Assembly: GCA_947494195.1 (NCBI GenBank)
Contig: CANLUC010000004.1
Location: forward strand, 122,188-186,187
Reading direction: 5' to 3'
DNA from: an uncultured Nesterenkonia sp.
GTDB lineage: Bacteria > Actinomycetota > Actinomycetes > Actinomycetales > Micrococcaceae
DNA: 64,000 bases
The notes beneath the pieces were generated by a model. It made no database searches, had not been told where the DNA came from, and saw nothing but the letters and a program-made list of their open reading frames with translations. Below are positions 9,620 through 19,385 of the stretch, in pieces. Every line of letters begins with the position of its first letter. Position 1 is the first letter of the stretch. Made by a program: the position numbers and the translations under genes.

Positions 9620-12600
9620 ATGGCTGCCACTGGCGACTTCGTCCACCTGCACAACCACACCGAATACTCGATGCTCGACGGGGCCGCGAAGATCGGTGAG
9701 CTCTTCGAACAGACCCAGGACCTCGGCATGCCTGCCGTGGCCACCACTGATCATGGGTTCCTCTTCGGCGCCTACGAGTTCTGGAAGACCGCGCAGAACT
9801 ACGATGTGAAGCCGATCATCGGGCTGGAGGCCTATCTGTCTCCCGGCACGCACCGCTCCGACCGCACCCGCGTGAAATGGGGCGACGGGGTCATCGGAGA
9901 GAAGGACGTCTCCGGCGGAGGCGCCTACACCCATATGACCATGTGGGCGGAGAACACCACCGGGATGCACAACCTCTTCCGGATGGGCTCGAAGGCCTCC
10001 CTGGAGGGCTACTTCTATAAGCCGCGCATGGACCGCGAACTGCTGCAGACCTACGGCAAAGGGATCATCGCCACCACCGGCTGCCCCTCCGGGGAGATCC
10101 AGACCAGGCTGCACCTGGGCCAGTACGAAGAGGCGAAGAAGGCCGCTGGGGAGTACCAGGACCTCTTCGGGCGGGAGAACTTCTACTGCGAGCTCATGGA
10201 CCACGGGCTGGACATCGAGCGGAAGGTCAAACAGGACCTGATCAAGCTCGCCCGTGAGCTGAACATGCCCATGGTCGCGACCAATGACCTGCACTACACG
10301 CACCAGCATGACCACAAGGCCCACGGCGCGCTGCTGTGTGTGCAGTCCAACTCCACCCTGGATGACCCGAACCGCTTCAAGTTCGGCTCCGAGGAGTTCT
10401 ACCTCAAGTCTGCCGCCGAGATGCGTGATCTCTTCCGCGACTTCCCCGACGCCTGCGACAACACTCTGGCCATCGCCGAGCGCTGCCAGGTGGAGTTCAA
10501 CGAGTCGGCCTCCTATATGCCCCGTTTCCCGGTGCCTGATGGCGAGTCCGAGGAATCCTGGTTCGTCCAGGAGGTCGAGAGGGGCCTGCACTACCGGTTC
10601 CCGAACGGCATCCCGGACGAGGTTCGCAGGCAGGCCGAGTACGAGATCGGTGTCATCACCCAGATGGGCTTCCCAGGCTACTTCCTGGTCGTGGCCGACT
10701 TCATCACCTGGGCCAAGGAGCAGGGCATCCGAGTGGGTCCCGGACGCGGCTCGGGCCCGGGCTCGATGGTCGCCTTCGCGATGCGCATCACCGATCTCAA
10801 CCCCCTGCAGCACGGCCTGATCTTCGAGCGCTTCCTGAACCCTGACCGCGTCTCGATGCCCGACTTCGACGTCGACTTCGATGACCGTCGCCGCTCCGAA
10901 GTCATCCAGTACGTGGTGAACAAGTACGGCGACGAACGCGTGGCCATGATCGTCACCTACGGCACGATCAAGTCCAAGCAGGCGCTGAAAGACTCTGCCC
11001 GAGTCATGGGGGAGCCCTTCTCCACCGGCGATCAGCTGACCAAGAAGATGCCGCCTGATGCCATGGGCAAGCCGATGCCGCTGGGCGACATCTACGAATC
11101 GAAGTCGGCCCGCTACTCCGAAGCCTCCGAGATGCGCGAGTTCCTCGACTCGGACCCACGGATGAAGGAGATCTTCGACCTCGCCTCCGGACTGGAGGGC
11201 CTCAAGCGCCAGTGGGGTGTGCACGCGGCGGGCGTGATCATGTCCAGCGATCCGCTGATCGACATCATCCCGATCATGAAGCGCGAGCAGGACGGCGCGA
11301 TCATCACGCAGTTCGACTACCCGATCTGCGAAAACCTGGGTCTGATCAAGATGGACTTCCTGGGTCTGCGCAACCTCACGATCATCTCGGACTGTCTGGA
11401 GAACATCCAGCTCAACAAGGGCATCGAGCTCGACCTGGAGAACCTCGAGCTGACCGACCGCGCCGCGTACGACCTGCTCGCCCGAGGCGACACGCTGGGC
11501 GTCTTCCAGCTCGACGGCGGCGGCATGCGCTCGCTGCTGCGACTGATGCGCCCGGACAACTTCGAAGACATCTCCGCGGCCCTGGCGCTGTACCGTCCGG
11601 GGCCGATGGGCGCGAACTCACACACCAACTATGCGCTGCGCAAGAACGGGCACCAGGACGTCAGTCCGATCCACCCGGAGCTGGAGGAGCCGCTGCGCGA
11701 GATCCTGGGCACCACGCACGGACTGATCGTCTACCAGGAGCAGGTGATGGCGATCGCGCAGAAGGTGGCCGGCTACTCGCTGGGCCAGGCCGACATTCTG
11801 CGCCGCGCCATGGGCAAGAAGAAGAAGTCCGAGCTGGACAAGCAGTATGTGAACTTCTCCTCCGGCATGGAGGAGCATGGTTACTCTGCGGCGGCGATCA
11901 AGGCGCTCTGGGACGTGCTGCTGCCCTTCTCCGACTACGCCTTCAACAAGGCGCACACCGCCGCCTACGGACTCATCGCATACTGGACCGCGTACCTCAA
12001 GGCCAACTATCCGGCCGAGTACCTGGCGGCCCTGCTCACCTCGGTGGGTGAGAACCGCGACAAGCTCGCGCTCTACCTCTCCGAGTGCCGCCGCATGGGC
12101 GTCACCGTCACCTCCCCGAGCATCAACGAATCCGCGCTGACCTTCACCCCGGTGGGCGACGACACGATCCGTTTCGGCATGGGCGCGGTGCGCAATGTGG
12201 GCTCCAATGTGGTCGCAGGCATGGTCTCGGCGCGCGAGGAGAAGGGCCCCTACGAGACGTTCGCCGACTTCCTCAAAAAGGTCCCGATGCAGGTGTGCAA
12301 TAAGCGCACCATCGAATCGCTGATCAAGGCCGGGGGATTCGACGAGCTGGGTCATACCCGCCGGGCTCTCGTGACCATCCACGAACAGGCCATCGACCAG
12401 GCGATCTCGGAGAAGAAGGGCTCGCAGGCCTACGAGACGGACCTCTTCGGCAGCGCGGATATGGAGCTGGGGGATTCCCTCTCGGTCAGCGTTCCTGACC
12501 TGCCCGAGTGGGAGAAGATGGACAAGCTCTCCTTCGAGCGCGAGATGCTCGGGCTCTACGTCTCGGACCACCCGCTGCAGGGACTCGAGCGGGTGCTCGC

Positions 12601-13156
12601 CCACCACGCCGATCGCTCGATCAGCTCGGTGATGGGGGAGGACGGGCCGGCCGACGGTGCCGGCATCACCATCGCCGGAATGATCACCTCGTTGCAGCGG
12701 CGCGTCGCCAAGTCCTCCGGCAACCCCTATGCCAGGGCCGAGATCGAGGACATGGCGGGCACCATCGAGGTGATGTTCTTCGGCAAGACCTACCAGGCGG
12801 TGTCGATGATCCTGGCCGAAGACCTGGTCGTCTCGGTGAAGGGGCAGATCGATCGGCGCGAGGACGGCAGCGTGACGCTCAAGGCGATGGACGTCGTCGT
12901 GCCGGAGATCAACGAGGACGGCAACGCCGGTCCCGTAGTGGTCTCAGTCTCTGCGCAGCGTGCCTCGGAACGCCTGGTCACCGAGCTGGGCAGGACGCTC
13001 AGGGCCCATCGCGGCACCAGCGATGTCCACGTCCGGCTGCTCTCCGGGGACCGCATCGAGCTCATGCGGCTGGGCCACGAGTATCAGGTGAGCCCCTCAC
13101 CAGCGCTGTTCGGTGATCTGAAGGTCCTGCTCGGACCGGGATGTCTCGAGCTGTGA
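9620..13156 (+). CDS. dnaE: DNA polymerase III alpha subunit
   Basis: PHP domain FVHLHNHTEYSMLDGA. 1178 aa with palm/fingers motifs (MPDFDVDF, GLIKMDFLGL) and a C-terminal OB fold. Confidence 0.98.
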   Translation: MAATGDFVHLHNHTEYSMLDGAAKIGELFEQTQDLGMPAVATTDHGFLFGAYEFWKTAQNYDVKPIIGLEAYLSPGTHRSDRTRVKWGDGVIGEKDVSGGGAYTHMTMWAENTTGMHNLFRMGSKASLEGYFYKPRMDRELLQTYGKGIIATTGCPSGEIQTRLHLGQYEEAKKAAGEYQDLFGRENFYCELMDHGLDIERKVKQDLIKLARELNMPMVATNDLHYTHQHDHKAHGALLCVQSNSTLDDPNRFKFGSEEFYLKSAAEMRDLFRDFPDACDNTLAIAERCQVEFNESASYMPRFPVPDGESEESWFVQEVERGLHYRFPNGIPDEVRRQAEYEIGVITQMGFPGYFLVVADFITWAKEQGIRVGPGRGSGPGSMVAFAMRITDLNPLQHGLIFERFLNPDRVSMPDFDVDFDDRRRSEVIQYVVNKYGDERVAMIVTYGTIKSKQALKDSARVMGEPFSTGDQLTKKMPPDAMGKPMPLGDIYESKSARYSEASEMREFLDSDPRMKEIFDLASGLEGLKRQWGVHAAGVIMSSDPLIDIIPIMKREQDGAIITQFDYPICENLGLIKMDFLGLRNLTIISDCLENIQLNKGIELDLENLELTDRAAYDLLARGDTLGVFQLDGGGMRSLLRLMRPDNFEDISAALALYRPGPMGANSHTNYALRKNGHQDVSPIHPELEEPLREILGTTHGLIVYQEQVMAIAQKVAGYSLGQADILRRAMGKKKKSELDKQYVNFSSGMEEHGYSAAAIKALWDVLLPFSDYAFNKAHTAAYGLIAYWTAYLKANYPAEYLAALLTSVGENRDKLALYLSECRRMGVTVTSPSINESALTFTPVGDDTIRFGMGAVRNVGSNVVAGMVSAREEKGPYETFADFLKKVPMQVCNKRTIESLIKAGGFDELGHTRRALVTIHEQAIDQAISEKKGSQAYETDLFGSADMELGDSLSVSVPDLPEWEKMDKLSFEREMLGLYVSDHPLQGLERVLAHHADRSISSVMGEDGPADGAGITIAGMITSLQRRVAKSSGNPYARAEIEDMAGTIEVMFFGKTYQAVSMILAEDLVVSVKGQIDRREDGSVTLKAMDVVVPEINEDGNAGPVVVSVSAQRASERLVTELGRTLRAHRGTSDVHVRLLSGDRIELMRLGHEYQVSPSPALFGDLKVLLGPGCLEL

Positions 13157-13183
13157 GCAGGGAGGCGCGGGAGAAGGCCGTAG

Positions 13184-13199
13184 CCACAACATCTTGTGG
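13184..13199. promoter_or_regulatory. Candidate NrdR box 1
   Basis: CCACAACATCTTGTGG has perfect 6-bp inverted arms. It matches 12 of 16 positions of the NrdR-box consensus as I recall it (acaCwAtATaTwGtgt). Confidence 0.6.
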
Positions 13200-13214
13200 T
13201 GGATGATTTGAAGC

Positions 13215-13230
13215 ACACTATATGTGGTGG
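13215..13230. promoter_or_regulatory. Candidate NrdR box 2
   Basis: ACACTATATGTGGTGG matches 13 of 16 consensus positions. Its centre is 31 bp from box 1, the tandem spacing described for NrdR operators. It ends 14 nt before the nrdR ATG. Confidence 0.6.
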
Positions 13231-13243
13231 GTAGACTTGCCCC

Positions 13244-13747
13244 ATGTACTGCCCCTACTGCCGCCATGACTCCTCCCGGGTCGTCGATTCACGCATGTTG
13301 GACGATGGCTCCGGCATCCGCCGTCGTCGTCAGTGTCCGCAGTGCTCCAAACGCTTCACCACCATGGAGACCACCAGCCTCAACGTGATCAAACGATCGG
13401 GTGCCGCGGAGCCGTTCGACCGCTCGAAGGTCATCAACGGGGTGCGCAAAGCGTGCCAGGGCCGTCCCGTGTCCAACGATGATCTCGCAGTGCTCGCCCA
13501 GGAGGTGGAGGAGACGATCCGCGCCGCTGGCAACGCCGAGGTCGATGCCAATGACGTGGGCCTCGCGATCCTCGGACCGCTGCGCCGGCTCGACGTCGTG
13601 GCCTATATGCGCTTCGCCTCGGTCTACCGCGGGTTCGAGTCCCTGCTGGACTTTGAGAACGCGATCGCGGAGCTGCGCCGGGAGGAACTCCACGGACCTT
13701 CAAGTTCAGGTGCAACCGTTGTCCAGCCGAGGTTCGGATTCCGCTAG
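13244..13747 (+). CDS. nrdR: Ribonucleotide reductase transcriptional repressor NrdR
   Basis: Zinc ribbon [29 protein letters not shown] followed by an ATP-cone domain. Confidence 0.96.
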   Translation: MYCPYCRHDSSRVVDSRMLDDGSGIRRRRQCPQCSKRFTTMETTSLNVIKRSGAAEPFDRSKVINGVRKACQGRPVSNDDLAVLAQEVEETIRAAGNAEVDANDVGLAILGPLRRLDVVAYMRFASVYRGFESLLDFENAIAELRREELHGPSSSGATVVQPRFGFR

Positions 13748-13760
13748 ACTCATGGACGTA

Positions 13761-13808
13761 CCGGCGGTGCTCTCTTCTGGGGAAGGTTGAGAGCACCGCC
13801 GGTTTTCT
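13761..13808 (+). terminator. Rho-independent terminator after nrdR
   Basis: Perfect 14-bp stem CCGGCGGTGCTCTC (13761-13774) / GAGAGCACCGCCGG (13789-13802) followed by TTTTCTC. Confidence 0.8.
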
Positions 13809-13953
13809 CGTCTTCACCGTCGGGGACTTCTCCTGCCAGATGCACTGATGGTCCGGAGAGAACCCCCTGAGTTTCTCTCCGGACCACCTGCGCCTCCGAG
13901 AAGGCCTTCCCATTAGACGCCCCGTGCGTCGCTGCGCTGCGCAGAACAGGCGG

Positions 13954-14006
13954 AACCCAGTAGCCCAGCCGGATAAACCCAGTAGAAGATACGGGGCCGG
14001 TATAGT
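13954..14006 (+). promoter_or_regulatory. Candidate promoter/operator of the LAL regulator
   Basis: Direct repeats AACCCAGTAG at 13954-13963 and 13976-13985 (22-bp period). A -10-like TATAGT at 14001-14006. SD AAGGAG at 14031-14036, before the GTG at 14042. Confidence 0.35.
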
Positions 14007-14041
14007 CTTCACCAACTGATCTCTCGACCAAGGAGCCCGCG

Positions 14042-16996
14042 GTGCACCGCAGTGACCCTTTCGTGGGCAGACGCGAGGAGATCGCGTTGATCCAGCGGGC
14101 CACTGACCGGGCGCGAAGCGGCAAGGCCCAGTTCGTCCTGGTCGAGGGCCTGACCGGCTCAGGCAAGACCCGTCTGCTGCACCGTGCCATGGAGAGCTAC
14201 CCGGAATGGAACGAGCGCACGATCCTGCTCGATGAGTCCTTCATGGCTCAGCCGGGGTCTGCGATCCATCATCTCCTCGGTGCAGACCTCGCCCGAGCTC
14301 CGGGACGCTCCGGTTTCGAAAGCGGAGGGCCGTCCGACGTCGAGGATCTCCTCGCAGCGGGCTTCGACGCCGCCCCATCGCTGCAACGGCCGTACCTGCT
14401 CAGCGTGCAGAACCTGCACCTGGTCGACGAGGTCTCTGCCGACGCGCTGTGGCGTGCGCTCAGCCTCTTCCAGAACGGACCCGTACTGGTGGTCCTGAGC
14501 ACCCAGGCTTCCGTCCGTCCAGAGGTGCAGCGGCTGATCCAACTCGCCCAGGCGAGTCCCCGCGGCACCTACATCTCGCTGCAGCCGTTGGGACTGCGCG
14601 ATGTCTCGGATCTTTTGGAGGCCTACTCCATGCTGCCCATTTCCGACGCCGTCGCCGCGCGGGTCATGGAGGAGACGGACGGCTACCCCGGCCTGGTGGA
14701 GCAGGTGGGGCTGTGGCTTCGGCGGACCCCGGTGGGTTCGCGCAGCATCGACCAGGCGCTGGTGCACACCGTGAAGTCTGCCGATTACAGCGGGATGCAT
14801 CGCGATGTGCTGACCCGGATGAACTGGCTGCAGGACAGCGATCGGCGGGCGGTCGAGCTGCTGGCGGCCGCTGACGGTTCGCTGAGCCGGGGCCAGATCG
14901 AGGCGGCGCTTTCGACCACCGTGGACCCGGCGGCGCTGTTGAGCACCTCGCTGCTCTCCTGGGAGGAGCTGACCGGCCGGTATGCCGTGAGCCGGCGCTC
15001 GTTCAGCCGCGCCGTGCTCAGCGGCACTTCGGAGGTGGATCGAGCGGGACTCCTCGTATCGCTCGCCGAGGTCCTTCAGGGGGAGGGCTCCGTCCGCCAC
15101 CTGGCCGAGGCGATTCGGCTGGACCCCAGCCTGGCGGACGGGGCTCAGGTGATCGCCGAGCTGCAGACCCACGCTCGGCACGCGGCGAAGCGACACGATT
15201 TCCGGGACGCCTTCGACCACCTGATGGCGGCGGTCTCCACGAATCTCGACGATGTGGAGTCCTTGTGTCTGCTGGCCGGTCTCGCGGTGCGCACCGACAG
15301 CGTCACTGCTCTGCAGGAGCTTGAGCCCTCCATGCGGGCCTTGCCCCCCTCGACCTGCCGGGCCGGAATCCTCGCCCTGCTGATGTTGGAGCAGTCGGAC
15401 ACGGAGGCGGCGCTCTTCGAACTCGAATCCCATCGGCCCGAGCAGGACCCGGGGCTGCCCATCTACGCGGAGGCCGTGACCGAGGTGAGCGCACGGCTGC
15501 TCTCAGAATCTCTGCGTAGCCGGGGCGCCGCGCTCGCCCACGACGTCTCTGCCGGCCTGCAGGCGGTGTTGGAGAGGCCGGACGGGCTCGATCTGGTCGG
15601 ATATATCTGGGACCGGGCCTATCTGCTCGGGCTCAGGGCGCTGAACACGCTGTGGATCCAGCTCTCCGCAGAGCAGCCACAGAACTTCGACGCGATGATC
15701 GCATGTGTCTCCGAGCGGCTGGCCGAGTTGCGGGGCGAGCCTGCAGTCGAACGCTTCGAGGCCGCCCTGTACTCCGTCCGGGGCTCGCTGCTTCGCCAGC
15801 AGGGCTCGATGGCCGACGCCTATCACGATCTCTCCCTGGCGGCCGCCCAGGAGGCGTCGAGCAGCTATGTGATGTATGCGCGCACCCAGCTGGCCCTGCT
15901 GCTGTTCAGCTCCGGATACTGGGATGAGGCGGCCAAGATGGCCGAGCGGGCCGCCGGAGCCGCGCTGGTCCGCCGGGAGGACGCGGTCTCTCACGTGGCC
16001 TACGCGGTCTCGTTGGTCGTGCCCGCCGCCCGTGGAGAGGTGGAGAAGGTCCGCGCGGGCCTGGAACGCCTGCATGAGAGCGAGCATGCCCATGGCCCGC
16101 TCGCTGCGGGCACCATCGACTGGGTGGAGGCCTGTCTGGCAGCCTCGCAGAACGACTTCCGCGGGGTTGCTCGAAACCTGCTGAGCATGCGCGACGACAG
16201 GACCGCCTGGTGGGCGATGGAGCCCCAGGCGATGAGCATGCTTGCGCGGGCGCTGCATCTGAGCGGCTGGGCCGCCATGCTTCCTGCCCTGCTGCGTGGT
16301 GCCGAGAGCGGCAATGCCCCCCTGGATTTCCAGCAGCACCTCACCACCCCGTACCTGAGGGGTTTCGAACGCTGGTCAGCTGGTGCGCCGGACGAGGCCA
16401 TGGAGAGCCTGCTGCAGGTGCTCCGTGGCTATGACAGCAGTGCATCGATCCGTCCCACGCAGCCGCCCGGGGAGGGCGGCGGGTTCCGCATCTTCCGAGC
16501 GATGCTCGGGCTCGACATCGGCGCGCTGGTCTCCGGCTATCCGATCGAACTCGCGCGGCACCGCGCCACGGCGCTGGAGCTCGCCGTCTGGTCAGCTTCG
16601 GTGCTGCAGGCCTGCGGCGCCGATACCCATCTGGAGCGGGCGAATCAGCTGATGGAGACCTTGCGGCCGCGCCTTCTCAACGACCATCCGGCCGCCCGAT
16701 CCCACTCGGCGGCGCTTCTGGGGTCGCGGCACACGTCGAAGCCCCAGGTCACCGAGGCCGCAGCCGCGGTGCGAGCCGAGCCCGAGCTCGGGGCCGAAGT
16801 GGAGCAGGCGCTGCGCAGCCTGTCCCGCCGTGAGCGCCAGGTGACCCTGCTGGTCTCGGAGGGCAGCACGAACCGCGAGGTGGCTGAGCAGCTCGTGCTC
16901 TCGGTGCGAACTGTGGAGTATCACGTGGCCAACGCCATGACCAAGCTGCAGCTGCATTCGCGGCGGGAGATCCGCAGGCTCGTCCGGTCGCTCTGA
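14042..16996 (+). CDS. Large ATP-binding LuxR-family (LAL/MalT-like) transcriptional regulator
   Basis: N-terminal FVGRREE..GLTGSGKTRLL Walker A, a long helical/TPR-like middle, and a C-terminal LuxR HTH (LSRRERQVTLLVSEGSTNREVAEQLVLSVRTVEYHVANAMTKL). Confidence 0.85.
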   Translation: MHRSDPFVGRREEIALIQRATDRARSGKAQFVLVEGLTGSGKTRLLHRAMESYPEWNERTILLDESFMAQPGSAIHHLLGADLARAPGRSGFESGGPSDVEDLLAAGFDAAPSLQRPYLLSVQNLHLVDEVSADALWRALSLFQNGPVLVVLSTQASVRPEVQRLIQLAQASPRGTYISLQPLGLRDVSDLLEAYSMLPISDAVAARVMEETDGYPGLVEQVGLWLRRTPVGSRSIDQALVHTVKSADYSGMHRDVLTRMNWLQDSDRRAVELLAAADGSLSRGQIEAALSTTVDPAALLSTSLLSWEELTGRYAVSRRSFSRAVLSGTSEVDRAGLLVSLAEVLQGEGSVRHLAEAIRLDPSLADGAQVIAELQTHARHAAKRHDFRDAFDHLMAAVSTNLDDVESLCLLAGLAVRTDSVTALQELEPSMRALPPSTCRAGILALLMLEQSDTEAALFELESHRPEQDPGLPIYAEAVTEVSARLLSESLRSRGAALAHDVSAGLQAVLERPDGLDLVGYIWDRAYLLGLRALNTLWIQLSAEQPQNFDAMIACVSERLAELRGEPAVERFEAALYSVRGSLLRQQGSMADAYHDLSLAAAQEASSSYVMYARTQLALLLFSSGYWDEAAKMAERAAGAALVRREDAVSHVAYAVSLVVPAARGEVEKVRAGLERLHESEHAHGPLAAGTIDWVEACLAASQNDFRGVARNLLSMRDDRTAWWAMEPQAMSMLARALHLSGWAAMLPALLRGAESGNAPLDFQQHLTTPYLRGFERWSAGAPDEAMESLLQVLRGYDSSASIRPTQPPGEGGGFRIFRAMLGLDIGALVSGYPIELARHRATALELAVWSASVLQACGADTHLERANQLMETLRPRLLNDHPAARSHSAALLGSRHTSKPQVTEAAAAVRAEPELGAEVEQALRSLSRRERQVTLLVSEGSTNREVAEQLVLSVRTVEYHVANAMTKLQLHSRREIRRLVRSL

Positions 16997-17062
16997 GCCG
17001 GCCGGCCACGTCCCGGCGGAGGGGAGGACCTGAACCTCGCTCAGCTCAGTTCTCGTCTCGGC

Positions 17063-17716
17063 TCAGCCCGCCAGTGTGCGGAGCTCGGCGATCGCAGCCT
17101 CTGGGTCCGCCGCCGAGTACACGGCGGAGCCCGCCACAAAGGTGTCAGCCCCGGCCTCTGCCGCCCGGGTGATGGTCTCCGCACTGATTCCACCGTCCAC
17201 CTGCAGCGCGATCTCTCCGCCAAGGTCATCGACGGCGGCCCGCGCGCGGCGGATCTTGGGCAGGATCAGGTCGAGGAAGCTCTGGCCGCCGAACCCCGGC
17301 TCCACCGTCATCAGCAGCAGCATGTCGAGTTCCCCGAGCATGTCCAGGTAGGGCTCGACGGGGGTGGCGGGCTTCAGCGCCATGGCCGACCGTGCGCCCT
17401 GCGCGCGAAGTTCCCGCGCGAGCCGGATCGGGGCCTTCGCCGCCTCGGCGTGGAAGGTCACGGATTCACAGCCCATCTCGGCGTACTGCGGGGCCCAGGT
17501 GTCAGGGTCCTCGATCATCAGATGCACGTCCAGCGGCAGCTCGGTGGCTGCCCGCAGAGACTTCACCACGGGGAGCCCGATCGTCAGATTCGGCACGAAG
17601 TGGTTGTCCATCACGTCCACATGGACGGCGTCGGCGGTGGTGATGCGGCCCAGCTCGCGCTGGAGGTTCGCGAAGTCGGCGTTGAGGATGCTGGGGTGGA
17701 TGCAGGTGCGGCTCAC
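17063..17716 (-). CDS. rpe: Ribulose-phosphate 3-epimerase
   Basis: [39 protein letters not shown] are canonical Rpe motifs. Confidence 0.95.
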   Translation of the reverse strand: MSRTCIHPSILNADFANLQRELGRITTADAVHVDVMDNHFVPNLTIGLPVVKSLRAATELPLDVHLMIEDPDTWAPQYAEMGCESVTFHAEAAKAPIRLARELRAQGARSAMALKPATPVEPYLDMLGELDMLLLMTVEPGFGGQSFLDLILPKIRRARAAVDDLGGEIALQVDGGISAETITRAAEAGADTFVAGSAVYSAADPEAAIAELRTLAG

Positions 17717-17735
17717 GGGGCGATCCTACCGGTCT

Positions 17736-19385
17736 TCAGCTCGCATGCACGCCTCGCTGGAGCAGCGCGAAGAACATCGCGTCGGTCCCGTGGACGTGGG
17801 GCCAGAGCTGCACGCAGCGCTGCACAGTCCCGGTGCCGTGCTGCGCACCGGGTCCGTCCATCAGCTCCACGCCGGCCTCCAGCGCTGCGGCGCGCATCGG
17901 CTCACGGGCATCGAGCAGCTCGAGCTCCGGGTGGCGACGCAGCAGGTCATCGACCTGGATGACCGTCTCCGCGGCATGCGGAGAGCAGGTCACATAGGCC
18001 AACAGGCCACCCGGTGCCAGCGCTGCGGCGGCGGCGTCGAGCAGCTCCAGCTGCAGGGCGGTCAGGCTCGAGAGGTCCCCCGGAGTGCGGCGCCAGCGGG
18101 CTTCGGGCCGGCGCCGCAGCGCCCCGAGGCCGGTGCACGGTGCATCCACCAGGATCCGCTGGAAGCCGGCGGCACCGGCCTCTTCGCCGATGGTCCGGCC
18201 ATCTCCGGTGCGCACGGCCCAGGCTTCCGGCGCCACCGCAGCCAGGGCGCCGGAGACCAGCTTCGCGCGGTGCGCGGCCGGCTCGTTGGCGAGCACCGTC
18301 GCCCCGCGTTCCGCGGCCAGCGCGGCGAGCAGGGCCGCTTTGCCTCCGGGTCCGGCACAGAGGTCCAGCCAGCGCTCGGCAGCAGGCCTGTCGAATGCAT
18401 CCAGCTCCTGATTCGCTTCCCGGTGAGGTGCAGCGTCGGCCGAGAGGTCCGCGACGGCTGGCAGCTCGGCAGCGGCGAGTGCTCGGGTGACCCATTGGGA
18501 CCCGATGTCTTGGACTCGAAGCTGACCCTCGCGGGTCCCGGGAAGACGGCCGATGTCGCCCCCGCGAAAGACTGCTGCTCCGGGCAGCAGCGGGGAGACC
18601 GTCGCGCCTGCTTCAGTCGCACTGCGCAGATGCTGACCGGGCTCCTCCACCACACCGGGAAGCTCCACGAGGTGGACCTCGGGGGCGTCATTATCGGCGC
18701 GCAGCAGGTCTTCGAGCTCTTCGCCCCGACCGTGGAGTCGCAGTGACTGCCGCATTGCCCGGACCACCCAGGCCGGATGCGCATGCTTCAGCGCGAGCGC
18801 GTCGTCGCCGCCGAGCTTGCCGTCCACGGAGAGGCGCTCGGTCCATTCCTCCAGCGAGGCGGCGCTGACCTTGCGCAGCACTGCGTTGACCAGACCGCTG
18901 GGACCGGCGCCGATCTCGCTGCGCACCAGGGCGACGGTCTCGTCCACCGCGGCGTGTGTCTCGACGCGCATATTCAGCAGCTGGTGCGCGCCGAGGCGCA
19001 GGGCGTCGAGCACGGGTGCATCGAGCTGTGCCAGCGGACGGTCCACGCAGGCGCTGAGGATGGCGTCATAGGTGCCCGTGCCGCGCAGCGTGCCGTAGGT
19101 CAGCTCGGTCGCGAAGGCGGCGTCTCGCTTGTCCAGGCGCTGTCGCCGGATCTCAGCGGGAAGCGTCAGGTTGGCATAGGCGTCATCCCGGCTGACCGCG
19201 CGCAGCACCGTGAACGCGGTGAGTCTCGCGGGATCAGCTCGGCGCTTCCGCTGCCCGGGGGCTGTGGCGCTGAAGCCGCGGGTCGCGCTCGACTTGTCAG
19301 ACCGAGCACCGCCGCGGTTTCGTTCGCGCCCCTTCTCGTTTCTGCGACTGCGCTGCGGGTCTTGGGACGGGCCGCTGTGACTCAT
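17736..19385 (-). CDS. rsmB: 16S rRNA (cytosine-C5)-methyltransferase RsmB/Sun with a basic N-terminal extension
   Basis: NusB-like N-domain, SAM motif DLCAGPGGKAALLA, and catalytic ILVDAPCTGLGALRRRPE. 4-nt overlap with fmt. Confidence 0.9.
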   Translation of the reverse strand: MSHSGPSQDPQRSRRNEKGRERNRGGARSDKSSATRGFSATAPGQRKRRADPARLTAFTVLRAVSRDDAYANLTLPAEIRRQRLDKRDAAFATELTYGTLRGTGTYDAILSACVDRPLAQLDAPVLDALRLGAHQLLNMRVETHAAVDETVALVRSEIGAGPSGLVNAVLRKVSAASLEEWTERLSVDGKLGGDDALALKHAHPAWVVRAMRQSLRLHGRGEELEDLLRADNDAPEVHLVELPGVVEEPGQHLRSATEAGATVSPLLPGAAVFRGGDIGRLPGTREGQLRVQDIGSQWVTRALAAAELPAVADLSADAAPHREANQELDAFDRPAAERWLDLCAGPGGKAALLAALAAERGATVLANEPAAHRAKLVSGALAAVAPEAWAVRTGDGRTIGEEAGAAGFQRILVDAPCTGLGALRRRPEARWRRTPGDLSSLTALQLELLDAAAAALAPGGLLAYVTCSPHAAETVIQVDDLLRRHPELELLDAREPMRAAALEAGVELMDGPGAQHGTGTVQRCVQLWPHVHGTDAMFFALLQRGVHAS

